A stretch of 46,173 nucleotides of DNA from Polyangiales bacterium (GCA_040508235.1 JBEVNG010000374.1:1-46173), one strand, 5' to 3'. Counted from the first letter of the stretch, positions 1 through 9,877 are shown. Made by a program: numbers and translations. Notes: generated by a model not told the origin, from the sequence alone.

Positions 1-1245
1 ACCGACGACGACGGAGAGAAGCTCACCTACAGCTGCGCGGGCTGCCACGCCTCCAAGCTGTTCGGGCGCAGCGTGCTCGGCCTGCAGAACCGCGCCTCGC
101 GCGCGAACGTGGGCATCGACAAGGCGCGCATGACGCTCAAGGACATCCCGATCGAGGCGCTGCGCGTGCTCTATCCGATGACCGACGGCGAGGCGCGCAT
201 CCTGGCGCGGCTGCAGGAGTCGCTCAGCTACGTGAACATCAAGCACCCGCTGATCCGCGGCATGGACACCTCGCTCACGCAGGTGGCGCTGTCGCTCGCC
301 AAGCGCGTGAAGGACGAGTACGCGACGCGTGATCCCAAGAACCGCGCGCCGCGGCCCGATCGCCTCGACACCTATCCGGCCGACAGCAAGCCCGGCAACT
401 GGTGGGTGCTCAAGTACAAGAACCGCTGGCTGCTCGACGGCTCGGTGGTCTCGGGCAACCCGGTGTACACGAACCTGCTCTGGAACGAGATTGGTCGCGG
501 CACCGACCTGGTCGCGCTCGAGGCCTGGGTCGACGCCAACCGCAAGACGGTCGACGAGCTGACGGCGGCGGTGTTCGCGGCGGAGCCGGTGCGCTTCACC
601 GAGTTCTTCGCGCCCGAGTCGATGGACCTCGAGGCGGCCAAGCGCGGCAAGACGCTGTTCGACGGCACCTGCGCCAGCTGCCACGGCACGTACCAGAAGG
701 GCTGGGAGCTGCCGCATGCGGCGTCGCTCCCGCTCGCGGATCGGCTGGCCACGGTCGAGGTGCGCTACCACGAGGACACGCCCGTGTTCGACGTGGGCAC
801 GGACGGGCTGCGCAACCAGGGCATGGAGTCGCTGCTCCAGCTCAACGACCTGCGCTTCTCCAAGAAGATCGACACCGTGATCAAGGTGCAGAAGGGCTAC
901 GTGCCGCCCCCGCTGGTCGGCATCTGGGCGCGCTTCCCCTACTTCCACAACAACTCGGCGCCGTCGCTGTGCGCCGTGCTGACGCGCGCCAGTGAGCGCC
1001 CGGCGAAGTACTACGGCGGCGAGCAAGAGGACGCCGCGCGCGACTTCGACCGCGCCTGCAACGGCTACCCGAGCGCCGACAAGGTGCCCGAAGCCTGGCT
1101 CAAGGATCCCGAGTCGCTCTTCGACACCACCCGCTTCGGCATGGGCAACCAGGGCCACGACGAGGGCGTGTTCCTGAAGGACGGCGTGGAGATGTTCACG
1201 CCCGAGCAGAAGCGCGACATCATCGCCTTCCTGCAGACGCTGTGA
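1..1245 (+). CDS. Di-haem c-type cytochrome, 5'-truncated by the window edge
   Basis: Frame 1 is open from nt 1 (TDDDGEKLTYSCAGCHASKLF...) into listed ORF 73..1245. Two CxxCH motifs: CAGCH at nt 34-48 and CASCH in FDGTCASCHGTYQKG. PYFHNNSAPSL motif resembles di-haem peroxidase-like cytochromes. Stop TGA at 1243-1245. Confidence 0.8.
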   Translation, partial: TDDDGEKLTYSCAGCHASKLFGRSVLGLQNRASRANVGIDKARMTLKDIPIEALRVLYPMTDGEARILARLQESLSYVNIKHPLIRGMDTSLTQVALSLAKRVKDEYATRDPKNRAPRPDRLDTYPADSKPGNWWVLKYKNRWLLDGSVVSGNPVYTNLLWNEIGRGTDLVALEAWVDANRKTVDELTAAVFAAEPVRFTEFFAPESMDLEAAKRGKTLFDGTCASCHGTYQKGWELPHAASLPLADRLATVEVRYHEDTPVFDVGTDGLRNQGMESLLQLNDLRFSKKIDTVIKVQKGYVPPPLVGIWARFPYFHNNSAPSLCAVLTRASERPAKYYGGEQEDAARDFDRACNGYPSADKVPEAWLKDPESLFDTTRFGMGNQGHDEGVFLKDGVEMFTPEQKRDIIAFLQTL

Positions 1246-1259
1246 GGGCGGTATAGCTT

Positions 1260-1340
1260 GTCAGGTCTCTGCGCGGCAGCTGAAGGAGCAGGCCGCAAAG
1301 CGCTCGGCTTCACGCCGCGGTAAAGAGACCGCGGCCTGAC
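1260..1340 (+). terminator. Long imperfect hairpin 15 nt after the cytochrome stop (possible terminator or structured element)
   Basis: GTCAGGTCTCT GCGCGG ... CCGCGG taa AGAGACC gcggcc TGAC. Outer 4-bp and inner 7-bp complementary arms with a bulge. No U-tract. Confidence 0.25.
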
Positions 1341-1640
1341 CTGTGCCCGCCTCGATTCGTTCAGAGCACGAGGCGCGCTGGCGCGAGATCGAGCCGCTCG
1401 ACGCGCGCGCCGACCTGCGGCCGATAAGAGGCCGGCGAGGCGAAGGCGCACCTGTCTTGCGAGTGGCTCGTGCTGATCGCGTTCGCCATCGCCGCGCCTC
1501 GGCTTGTGCAGCTCGCACGGCGGATCATCCGGCGCAGTCGGGCGGTCGACCCGTGGATCACTCGCCGAACGTCCTGCAGGTGCTCGCGCTGACTCGCTTA
1601 GTCGCAGATGTTGCGGAACGTGGCGGCGACTGAGCAGGGT

Positions 1641-3341
1641 TCAGCGGAGCGGCGGTCCCTCTGCGCCTAGCTGCGAGCGTGCTTGGCAGCGGGGGCCCTC
1701 GCAGAGCGCATCCAACTGCTCCTGGAGACGAGCGGCCTCGCGAGACTGGCCCGATGCGCGCGCTGCGGCGAGGGCGGCGAGCAGCACGTTGAGGCGCGCC
1801 GGGGCACTGACGAGCGTACGCTTCAGTTCCTTGAGCGCCGCGCGTGGCTCTCCCTGGAGCATGAGCAGCTCGCCTAGCATCTCACGCGCGCGGAGCACCG
1901 GGCCGGGAGTCACGGGGCCGTCGTCGGTCCCGTCCTCCAGGTCGGCGGCGCGCGCGAGCAGGCGGCGCGCCTCCGCATGCGAGGACTCCGCCTGCGCAAT
2001 CCAGGCGGCCACGGCGAGGCGCTGCACATCCACCAGCTCGCTCGCGGTGGCGCCCTCTTCGCTGTGCCGAGCCAGGCTGTCGCGAGCTTGCTCCAGTAGC
2101 GCCAGGTCGGCATGTGCCGCGGCCAGCTCGTGCCGTCGCGCGTGTGCATAGCCACGTGAAAAGTAGGTCACCGCCATCGCGCGCGGGAAGTCGCTCTCGC
2201 GCGCCTGCAGGCGCGCAGCAGCGGCGAGGTCGACGCGCTCCAGCGCGTAGCGTGCGGGCACGGCGTTGAGCGCGTACTCGCCCTTGCGACTGCGCGCGGG
2301 CTCGATGGCATCGATCGCGCGCAGCTCAGCCAACACCTGCGCGGCCTCGTCATCACGTCCGAGCTGCAGGTATGCGTAGGCCAGGTAATCCATGGCGTGC
2401 AGTTGCTCTTCCCAGGCCCCGCGCATGCCGGTGCGCTCGGCGTAGGCGCGCGCCGAAGTCTCCGACGCGATGTTGGAATCGATCGACTCGCGCCACAGGC
2501 CGCGCTGCGTGAAGGTGTGGGAGGGCATGTGCAACGCGTGGGGCGAGTCGGGAGCGATACGCGCGTAGGCCCTCGCCGCGGCGAGCGCGCGCTCGGCGAG
2601 CGCGGGGTAGTCGTAGGCGTGGATTACGTAGTGCGCGGCACCCGGGTGGTCGGGCTGACGTGCGAACACCTGCCCGGCGATCACTCCCGCGCGCTGCTGG
2701 GCGCGCAGCGCCTTGTCGGCTGGGTCCGCGTTGGCCATCAGCACCAGGCTGTACAGCGTGGCTGCCTCCCGATCGGACGGATCGGAACGGAAGAGCGCGG
2801 CCATCGCACGCTCGTACGCATCCACCCTGGCGGCATGCGCACGCCCCGGCTCGCCGTCGAAAAACGCGCCGATCGCCTCGATGTAACCGACCTCATGGCG
2901 CGTCTTTCCACCGAGCTCGCGCGCACGCGATACCGCGAGCGCCCCACGCTGGAGTTCGGCGGCACGCGGCGGCGTCCACAGCGGGTGGTACAGCGACATC
3001 GCGATGCCCCAGTGTGCCATCGCGCAGCCCGGGTCCAGCCGCGACACTTCCACGAAGCTTCGCGCCGCTTCGTCGTACCAAAATGAGTGCAGCATCGCGA
3101 CCGCGCGCACGAAGAGCGCCTGCGCAGGTGGCTCGCAGCGAATCGGGAACTGCACGCTGCCCAGCCCCGCCAGGCCGTCGTACTCCGCGCCCGTGCCGTG
3201 GTCCGTGCGCAACGCTTCGCAGTGCGCGTCAGCGCGTACGGGTGCGCTCGCGAGCGGCAACGACAGCAGCACCCATAGCCACCCCACCCGCTCGATCATC
3301 GTGTGCTCCATTCGCCCTCGTGCTTCGCTCACGCCGCTCAT
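1641..3341 (-). CDS. Secreted TPR-like repeat protein (hypothetical)
   Basis: Listed ORF 1641..3695. Its N-terminal 118 aa overlap the upstream gene and are Arg-rich. The ATG at 3341 forms an ATGA overlap with the upstream stop at 3338-3340. Alternative ATGs at 3311 and 3299 precede the signal peptide MIERVGWLWVLLSLPLASAPVRADA. The remainder is helical and repeat-like (HWGIAMSLYHPLW, AYAYLQLGRDDEAAQVL). Confidence 0.7.
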   Translation of the reverse strand: MSGVSEARGRMEHTMIERVGWLWVLLSLPLASAPVRADAHCEALRTDHGTGAEYDGLAGLGSVQFPIRCEPPAQALFVRAVAMLHSFWYDEAARSFVEVSRLDPGCAMAHWGIAMSLYHPLWTPPRAAELQRGALAVSRARELGGKTRHEVGYIEAIGAFFDGEPGRAHAARVDAYERAMAALFRSDPSDREAATLYSLVLMANADPADKALRAQQRAGVIAGQVFARQPDHPGAAHYVIHAYDYPALAERALAAARAYARIAPDSPHALHMPSHTFTQRGLWRESIDSNIASETSARAYAERTGMRGAWEEQLHAMDYLAYAYLQLGRDDEAAQVLAELRAIDAIEPARSRKGEYALNAVPARYALERVDLAAAARLQARESDFPRAMAVTYFSRGYAHARRHELAAAHADLALLEQARDSLARHSEEGATASELVDVQRLAVAAWIAQAESSHAEARRLLARAADLEDGTDDGPVTPGPVLRAREMLGELLMLQGEPRAALKELKRTLVSAPARLNVLLAALAAARASGQSREAARLQEQLDALCEGPRCQARSQLGAEGPPLR

Positions 3342-5698
3342 AGACACCCCAAGAACGCCTGCAGCGCGCGCTGCGCCGCGACGTCGAGCCCGAGGTACGC
3401 GTCTCGTGCGGCCGCGGCCTGGCCTCCGTGCTCGGCGATCGCCTCGTGCACCGTGGCGACGCGGCCGTCGTGCAGGAAGTGCGCGCGCGTGGACAGCTCC
3501 CACAGCGGCGGCGTACGCCACTCGTCGCCCGCCGCGCCACCTTGCTCGACGCCGTCTCGCAGGCCAGGGCCCATCGAATGCAGCAGCAGGTCCGAGTAGA
3601 GCGGCACGCGGCTGTTCCGGCCAGGCAAGCTCGGTGTGTGGCAGTCGGCGCAGCCAAGCGCCGCGAACCGCGTCGCGCCGGGTGACGCGAGGCATGCCTC
3701 AGAGGGGGCCGGAGGGTCGAGCGTGTTGAGGAAGCTGACCAGCGCCGTCAGCGGCAGTGCATCGATCTCGGTGTCGGCTCCGTTCGCGCCGCAGCCGCTG
3801 ACGAGGTCCTCCCGGAAGATCGGATTCGTGATGCCGAGCTCGTTTCGATAGGCCTCGCCCATGAAGTCAACCAGCGTGGCCATGTGCGCCTTCCAGCCGA
3901 ACTTGCCGAGCCGCCCATCGGGGAGGTACGCCGCTCGACCGCGTACGGCCGCAGGCTGCGCGTCGCGGTTGACCAGGATGTCGTACTCCCTGATGGCGTC
4001 GATCAGCCCACTGCCTCGCAGGCTCATGGAGCTGCGAGGCGAGAACACGTTGGCGCGCGCCGGAAGCCCGGGTCGGAGCCGGCAGCGCTCGCCGAGCTCC
4101 GCGACGCTGTGCGTGCGCTCGACGGGGCCTCCGTGCATCGCGAGCGGGTCGAAGCCGCCGCGTGGGCCGCGTCGGCCGAACAGGGTCACGAAGGTATTCG
4201 CCTCGATGCCCATCCCGCCGGGAGTCGGGGACAGGTGGCAGTCGATGCACGCACGCTCGTTGAAGAGCGGCCCGAGGCCGTGCGTCACGTCGAGCTGCTT
4301 CGAGAACAAGAACGAGCCCAGCTCGTGCATCGAGCTGGCACCTGCCTTTCGTGCATCGCGTAGCAGCGACGCCGTGGCCGCATGAGCCGCGAACGCCGGC
4401 GTGCTCAGCAGGATGCCGCCGTCCCGGGTGTTCGCCGTCACGTATAGCGTCTGACTGTTCGCGGACACGGCGATGCCACTCACGCGCATGCCCGGCGCCA
4501 CGGACGCGAGGGTCGTCTTCGCGACCATGCGTCCCTCGATAGTCATGCGAACGATCGAGTTATCGCCTCGGTTGAGCACGTAGAAGTCGGAGCCGCCACC
4601 GAGCATCGAGTTGCTGGCGAAGTTCGGGTGCGCGACCTCGCGGACCGCGGGTGCGAGATCGATCGGGAGGTCCAGCGCGGGGTGTGCGAGCACGTGCTTG
4701 CCGGTGACGGTGAACAGCGCGCCGTCGTCACCGATGTCGAGCACCACGATGCGGTTGGCGCGAGCGTCCGGCACGATCACGTTCATCGTAGGCGCCCAGT
4801 TCATCATGATCCCGAGCCGCGCGATCTCCCGCGCGCTCGTGGACTCCGCGCTCGCGATCGAGGGGACCCCGACCGGGCTCACCGTCGCGGCGGGCGACAG
4901 CGGGTCGACCCCCTTGGTGACGTGGACCTGCACCAGGCTGCCGTCCGACAGCACGGCGGCGAACACGGGCCGATTGGTCTCCTCCGGAGACTTGGTGATC
5001 AGCGTGGTACCGAGCGCTGGCGCGCCGAGGCCTTGGTGGACGGTGGGATCTCGGTTCGTCACCGAGCCCGCGAACACCGCGGTCGGACGCCCGTTCGGGT
5101 TGGTGACCGTGACGCTGCCTTCGCGACCGAGCTCCGCCGTGCCGTTGGCGAACCACGGCCGCCCACTCCCGTTATTCAGCGAGATGCTGGTCGGGAAGCT
5201 GACCGATGTCTGCTCCGACGTGGCGGGGGTGTTGACCGGGCCCTGGAAAGCCGGGCTCTGCGCGGCGAACAGCTGCACGCGTCCGCCGGCCGTGCTGGCC
5301 TGACCGTCCGCGCGCGCGAAATCGGGTGGTACCACGAGCGCAGGGCCCGCGACGTCGAGTGACAAGATCGCGCCCTCGCGAACTTGCGGGCGCGCGCGCG
5401 GCGCACCGAAGTTGCTGCTCGACGCGACCAGCACACGCTGGGGGTCGAACACCGCACCGGGCTGACAGTACGCTGCCCACGCCGGGTCGTCGTGCAGCGC
5501 GCCCCCCGGCAGGAAGCGACCCACTTCGCTTACCGCGCCGACGCCGCGCAGGCCCGTGGCCAGCAACCTCGGCGTCACCACGCGCGACCTGAGGTTCCGC
5601 TCGACCCGTGCATCCTGCGCACGTGCTCGCGCACCAGGTTGCAACCAAACGAGCGCGTACAGCAGAGCAACCGCTCCGACGTGACTGCTACGAACCAT
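3338..5698 (-). CDS. Fusion of an N-terminal beta-propeller-like region with a C-terminal di-haem DUF1111-type (thiol-oxidoreductase-like) cytochrome c module
   Basis: ATG at 5698 preceded by GGGAGGAAG. Signal-like N-terminus MVRSSHVGAVALLYALVWLQPGARARA. Two CxxCH motifs (CIDCH, CADCH). C-terminal FLHDGRVATVHEAIAEHGGQA is typical of DUF1111. Confidence 0.8.
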   Translation of the reverse strand: MVRSSHVGAVALLYALVWLQPGARARAQDARVERNLRSRVVTPRLLATGLRGVGAVSEVGRFLPGGALHDDPAWAAYCQPGAVFDPQRVLVASSSNFGAPRARPQVREGAILSLDVAGPALVVPPDFARADGQASTAGGRVQLFAAQSPAFQGPVNTPATSEQTSVSFPTSISLNNGSGRPWFANGTAELGREGSVTVTNPNGRPTAVFAGSVTNRDPTVHQGLGAPALGTTLITKSPEETNRPVFAAVLSDGSLVQVHVTKGVDPLSPAATVSPVGVPSIASAESTSAREIARLGIMMNWAPTMNVIVPDARANRIVVLDIGDDGALFTVTGKHVLAHPALDLPIDLAPAVREVAHPNFASNSMLGGGSDFYVLNRGDNSIVRMTIEGRMVAKTTLASVAPGMRVSGIAVSANSQTLYVTANTRDGGILLSTPAFAAHAATASLLRDARKAGASSMHELGSFLFSKQLDVTHGLGPLFNERACIDCHLSPTPGGMGIEANTFVTLFGRRGPRGGFDPLAMHGGPVERTHSVAELGERCRLRPGLPARANVFSPRSSMSLRGSGLIDAIREYDILVNRDAQPAAVRGRAAYLPDGRLGKFGWKAHMATLVDFMGEAYRNELGITNPIFREDLVSGCGANGADTEIDALPLTALVSFLNTLDPPAPSEACLASPGATRFAALGCADCHTPSLPGRNSRVPLYSDLLLHSMGPGLRDGVEQGGAAGDEWRTPPLWELSTRAHFLHDGRVATVHEAIAEHGGQAAAARDAYLGLDVAAQRALQAFLGCL

Positions 5699-5724
5699 CG
5701 CTTCCTCCCACGCAGATCACACCC

Positions 5725-6675
5725 TCAGATCTGAAACCACACATCCGGTCGCCGCGGCCCTGAACATGCCGCGCGCGGGCTGCGCGCCCGGATCTCACCC
5801 GCTCCGACACGGACAAAGGCCGGCACGTCCTCGAGCACCAGCGCACCTGCGCCGACGATCGCGCCGCGTCCCACCTGCGTCGTGCCCCCGAGCACGGTCG
5901 CGTTCGCGCACAGCGTGACGTGGTCGCCGATCGTCGGATGGCGGCGCGCGGCATCGTGCGGTGCCGCGGGAAGGGAGCGCGCGCCCAGCGTGACCCCTTG
6001 ATAGATCGTCACCTCGTCGCCCACCACGCTGGTCTCACCGATCACGACCCCGGTGCCGTGGTCGATGAAGACGCCGCGCCCAATGCGCGCTCCCGGGTGG
6101 ATGTCCACGCCGGTCTGCGCGTGCGCCCACTCGCTCATCATGCGCGGCAGCAGGGGTACGCCCAGCGCGTAGAGGCGATGGGCGACGCGGTGGATTGACA
6201 ACGCGAGCAGGCCCGGGAAGCAAAGGATGATCTCCGCCGCGCCGCGAGCCGATGGGTCGCGCGACTTGGCGGCGTGCAGATCGTCGAGCAACTGCGAGCG
6301 AAGCAAGGGCAGGCTGGAGATGAGCTCGGTCGCCAGCTCCGCGGCACGCGCGTGATCTGGCGACGAGAGCGCTCGCCAGATCTGTGCGGACAGCCCCGCG
6401 TGCAGTCTGGTCAGCTGCACCTCGACCTGCGCACGGCCCGGCGCCGCGGACGTGGGCCGGAAATAGCCGGGATAGAACAGCACGAGCAAGTCGCGCAGCA
6501 AGCGCCGTACACTCGCGCGCGAGGGTGCGGCGTGGCGCGCGTAGCGCTGCGCCTCGTGCGGCTCGGCGTACGCGGAAGCGAGCGCATGGGCGACGCTCTC
6601 CATAGCGCGCGACGTGGCATCGCGGACCGACGCCGTCGGCATGCGGTCGGTGGCCTCGGGGCACACGGTGGTCAC
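5725..6675 (-). CDS. cysE: Serine O-acetyltransferase
   Basis: Left-handed beta-helix hexapeptide region GARIGRGVFIDHGTGVVIGETSVVGDEVTIYQGVTLG plus an N-terminal helical SATase-like region. The GTG at 6675 overlaps the upstream stop (GTGA). Alternative ATG at 6642. Confidence 0.85.
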   Translation of the reverse strand: MTTVCPEATDRMPTASVRDATSRAMESVAHALASAYAEPHEAQRYARHAAPSRASVRRLLRDLLVLFYPGYFRPTSAAPGRAQVEVQLTRLHAGLSAQIWRALSSPDHARAAELATELISSLPLLRSQLLDDLHAAKSRDPSARGAAEIILCFPGLLALSIHRVAHRLYALGVPLLPRMMSEWAHAQTGVDIHPGARIGRGVFIDHGTGVVIGETSVVGDEVTIYQGVTLGARSLPAAPHDAARRHPTIGDHVTLCANATVLGGTTQVGRGAIVGAGALVLEDVPAFVRVGAGEIRARSPRAACSGPRRPDVWFQI

Positions 6676-7643
6676 ACGCAGCTCGCGACCTCGCCGAAGC
6701 CGAGCGCATCGCCCGACCCAGCGTGAGTGACCATTCCCGCATCGGGCAAGATCGCGACGATCGTGCTGCCTTTCGCCCCCGGGTCGCTGGCGATGCGCGT
6801 GGCTACGGCGATCGCGGCGCCGCCGGACAGACCGGTGACGATGCCCTCCTGCGCGGCCAGCTCACGCATCGTGCGCAGCGCCTCTTCGTCCGTGACCCGC
6901 TCCGCGCGGTCCAACAAGTTGAGGTCGAGCGTGCGAGGGATGAACCCACACCCGAGCCCCGCGATCCGATGCGCACCCGGCGTGAGCGCCAACCCGGCGA
7001 GCGTCTGCCCGATCACGGGGCTCGCGTCGGGCTCGACCGCAACCACCTGCAGCCCGGCGCTCTTGCCGCGGAGGAAGCGCGCCACGCCAGTCACGGTGCC
7101 GCCCGTGCCCACGCCACTTACGAAGTAGTCGAGCTGACCGCCCGTCGCCTCCCAGATCTCCGGGCCAGTGGTGGCCTCGTGCACACGCGGATTGGCGGGG
7201 TTGTCGAACTGCCTGGTGTAGTAGGCGCGCTCGTCTTGGCCGGCGATCACCTCGGCTTCTTCGATCGCGCCGCGCATGCCGAGGTGGAGCGGCGTGTTGA
7301 TGATGCGCGCACCGAGCGAGGCGAGCAGCACGCGACGGTCGAAGTCCATCAGCTGGGGGATGCACAGGGCGCAGCCATAACCGCGTGCCGCGGCGACCGT
7401 CGCGAGCGCAACCCCCATGTTGCCGCAAGTCGCCTCGAGCACGTACATACCGGGCCGGATCACGCCGCGTTGCTCGGCATCGGAGACCAAGCCGGCGGCG
7501 AGCCGACACTTCACGGAGCGTGCGGGGTTGGCGCCTTCCAACTTCACCAAGATGCGCGCGCCCGTCCAGCGCGAGCGCTGCCGCAAACAGACGAGCGGAG
7601 TGTTTCCTACGGCCAAGCTGATGTCTTCCGCTATTCGCGTCAT
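6672..7643 (-). CDS. Cysteine synthase-like PLP enzyme (O-acetylserine sulfhydrylase family) with an atypical substrate loop
   Basis: GNTPLV motif, PLP-lysine motif SVKCR, GVGTGGT glycine loop. ATG at 7643 preceded by GGGGAGGA. The Asn-loop reads TCGNMG instead of the canonical TSGNTG. Confidence 0.85.
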   Translation of the reverse strand: MTRIAEDISLAVGNTPLVCLRQRSRWTGARILVKLEGANPARSVKCRLAAGLVSDAEQRGVIRPGMYVLEATCGNMGVALATVAAARGYGCALCIPQLMDFDRRVLLASLGARIINTPLHLGMRGAIEEAEVIAGQDERAYYTRQFDNPANPRVHEATTGPEIWEATGGQLDYFVSGVGTGGTVTGVARFLRGKSAGLQVVAVEPDASPVIGQTLAGLALTPGAHRIAGLGCGFIPRTLDLNLLDRAERVTDEEALRTMRELAAQEGIVTGLSGGAAIAVATRIASDPGAKGSTIVAILPDAGMVTHAGSGDALGFGEVASCV

Positions 7644-7777
7644 CGGAGTCCTCCCCATTGTTGGTCGCGCGCGCACGTCTCCACCCGCGCGCCGCACTCG
7701 CGTCGCAACCCATTCACCCAGCTCGAATCGTACGGCTCCAAGATCGGCGCCGCAGGTCACGGCACCTCGTGCGCGGC

Positions 7778-8686
7778 TCAGCTACGCGAGGCGCTAGCGA
7801 ACCAGCGCGCGCACTCCGGGCCGAGTTCGCGCTCCGCGCGGGCCTCGTAGCGCTCGACGTCGACCCGACTCAACACCTCGCGCCAGCGTCCGTTGACACC
7901 CTTGTTGACGAACGTGCGCGAGCCGTCGTCCCAGAATGCGCCCTCCATCGGCAGGCTCTTGGTCGCGTTCGCCTTCATGTACTCGAAGGAACAGTGGTGC
8001 ACGATCTCCTGCCAACGCTGCTGGTCGACCGGCACATCGAGGAAGCGCGCGACCTTACGGATCTGCCCTGACAGGTCGCGCTTGAGCTCTTCGTAGTGGA
8101 GCATCAGCACGTTGGGCAGCTGCCGCGCGGACCACCACGAGCGTGCGTGCGCCCAGAACGGCCAGAACGGATAGCCATCGCGCTCGAGCCACTCGATAAA
8201 GTACTCGCGCACCGAGGCCGTAGGCTTCTCGAGCGCGTGACCGACGCGGCCGGGCGTGTCGTTCATCGTCTCGTACCAGAGCGCATTCGCGTTGGCGTGG
8301 TGGTTGTGCATGCTCCACACCACGTCGCGCCCGTCGCGCGCGACGTGGATGTACTTGGCCTTGGGCACGAACACCAACCCGTCGACCGGCAGGTGCGTCT
8401 TGAGGAAGCGCCGATGCGTCTGCGCCTCGACGTGCCGCAGCTTCACCTCGGGCGGGGGAACACGCAGCTCGAGGCACGGTGACATGCGCGCCACCTCCAG
8501 CCCCTCGGCACCGTTGAACAGCAGTTGGGAGACGATCTGCTGCATCCAGGTGGTCCCCGACTTCGCGTAGGTCGCGATGACGATGTCATCGTCGCGGTAC
8601 CTGAAGTCGTTCCAGATGCGAGAGTCCGCATGATGGTTCTGGACTTCACGACGCTTGCGCGGCCAGTCGATGGTGGCGTTCTGCAT
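7778..8686 (-). CDS. PAPS-dependent sulfotransferase (aryl/cytosolic sulfotransferase fold)
   Basis: 5'-PSB loop YAKSGTTWMQQIV and 3'-PB-like ARDGRDVVWSMHNHH. ATG at 8686 preceded by AAGGAGA. Confidence 0.85.
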   Translation of the reverse strand: MQNATIDWPRKRREVQNHHADSRIWNDFRYRDDDIVIATYAKSGTTWMQQIVSQLLFNGAEGLEVARMSPCLELRVPPPEVKLRHVEAQTHRRFLKTHLPVDGLVFVPKAKYIHVARDGRDVVWSMHNHHANANALWYETMNDTPGRVGHALEKPTASVREYFIEWLERDGYPFWPFWAHARSWWSARQLPNVLMLHYEELKRDLSGQIRKVARFLDVPVDQQRWQEIVHHCSFEYMKANATKSLPMEGAFWDDGSRTFVNKGVNGRWREVLSRVDVERYEARAERELGPECARWFASASRS

Positions 8687-8723
8687 TGTTGGTCTCCTTG
8701 GAAGTGCTGGCGCCGCTGCGCGG

Positions 8724-9818
8724 CTAATGCATCGATACGGGCGCGCTCGCGTGACCGGACGGCTCTGGCCAGCGACGATCGACACCGAGGTGCTCCATGA
8801 ACATCACGATTCGCTGCGCGACCGGGACTGCCTGCTCCTCGACCGCGAAGTGCCCTGCGTCGAGGAGGTGCAGTTCGGCCTCGGGCACGTCGCGCAGGTA
8901 AGCCTGGGCCCCCGCGGCGATGAACGCAGGGTCCTCTCGTCCCCACACGATCAACGTGGGCGGGCGCCGCTCGCGCAGGAACGCTTGCCACCGTGGGTAG
9001 GCATCGATGTTGTTCTGGTAGTCCTGGAACAGCGCCACCTGAATGCGTCGGTCCTCATTCGAGGGCAGGCGCGCAATGTCGTGTGTCCAGCTGTCCGGGC
9101 ACATGCGCGTGGCCTTCTCTCCCGGCACGTCGCGCAGGTACTGCTTCTCGCGGATCGCGACGTCGCTCACGAAGCTGGAGAGCGTTTGCAGGTTCTCGGC
9201 CGAGCGATCGTCGCGTGCGCGCTTGAAGAACTCCTGTCGCGGTGGTGTCAGGCCGTCGAGGTACGCATTGGCGTTCTGGATGACCAAGCCGCGCAGGCGC
9301 TCGGGGTGCGCCATCGCCACGCGAAAACCGACCGGCCCCCCGAAGTCTTGCATGTAGAGCACGTACGACTTCAGGCCCAGCGCATCGACGAAGCCCGTGA
9401 TGTGCTCGGCGAGCAGGTCGAACGTGTACCGCACCTCGTCCGGACTCGGGCGTTCGCTGAAGCCCGAGCCGAGGTAGTCTGGCGCAAGCACGTGGTAGCG
9501 CCCAGACAAGAGCGGAATCAGCTCGCGATAGGTATGCGACGACGACGGATATCCGTGCAGCAACAGCAGGGTGGGCCGCGTGGGATCTCCCGCCTCGCGA
9601 TAGAAGATGCGCCGCCCCGTCACCTCGACGGTTCGGTAGTACGTCTTCGCCGGCCAGGTCGGAGCGGGGATCCCGTCGGCGTCGCCATTCGCATGCCGCT
9701 CGGCTGCGAGTGCGTGCGCGTCGACCGCTTGCCGGACCTGGTGCGCGCACCCCGCGAGCGCGAGGATCGTGCCTAGTGCAGCGAACGAGAGCGTGCGGGA
9801 GAAGGTGTGTTGCGACAT
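8724..9818 (-). CDS. Exported alpha/beta hydrolase lipoprotein, Asp-nucleophile type (epoxide hydrolase / haloalkane dehalogenase-like)
   Basis: ATG at 9818 preceded by AGGAG. Lipoprotein signal MSQHTFSRTLSFAALGTILALAGC. LLLLHGYPSSSHTY oxyanion region and nucleophile elbow MQDFGGPVG. Confidence 0.8.
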   Translation of the reverse strand: MSQHTFSRTLSFAALGTILALAGCAHQVRQAVDAHALAAERHANGDADGIPAPTWPAKTYYRTVEVTGRRIFYREAGDPTRPTLLLLHGYPSSSHTYRELIPLLSGRYHVLAPDYLGSGFSERPSPDEVRYTFDLLAEHITGFVDALGLKSYVLYMQDFGGPVGFRVAMAHPERLRGLVIQNANAYLDGLTPPRQEFFKRARDDRSAENLQTLSSFVSDVAIREKQYLRDVPGEKATRMCPDSWTHDIARLPSNEDRRIQVALFQDYQNNIDAYPRWQAFLRERRPPTLIVWGREDPAFIAAGAQAYLRDVPEAELHLLDAGHFAVEEQAVPVAQRIVMFMEHLGVDRRWPEPSGHASAPVSMH

Positions 9819-9877
9819 GCGAGCTCCTGTTGATCGGATCGTTGCGTGAGCCATGCAGACCACGCTGCTATCCCTCG

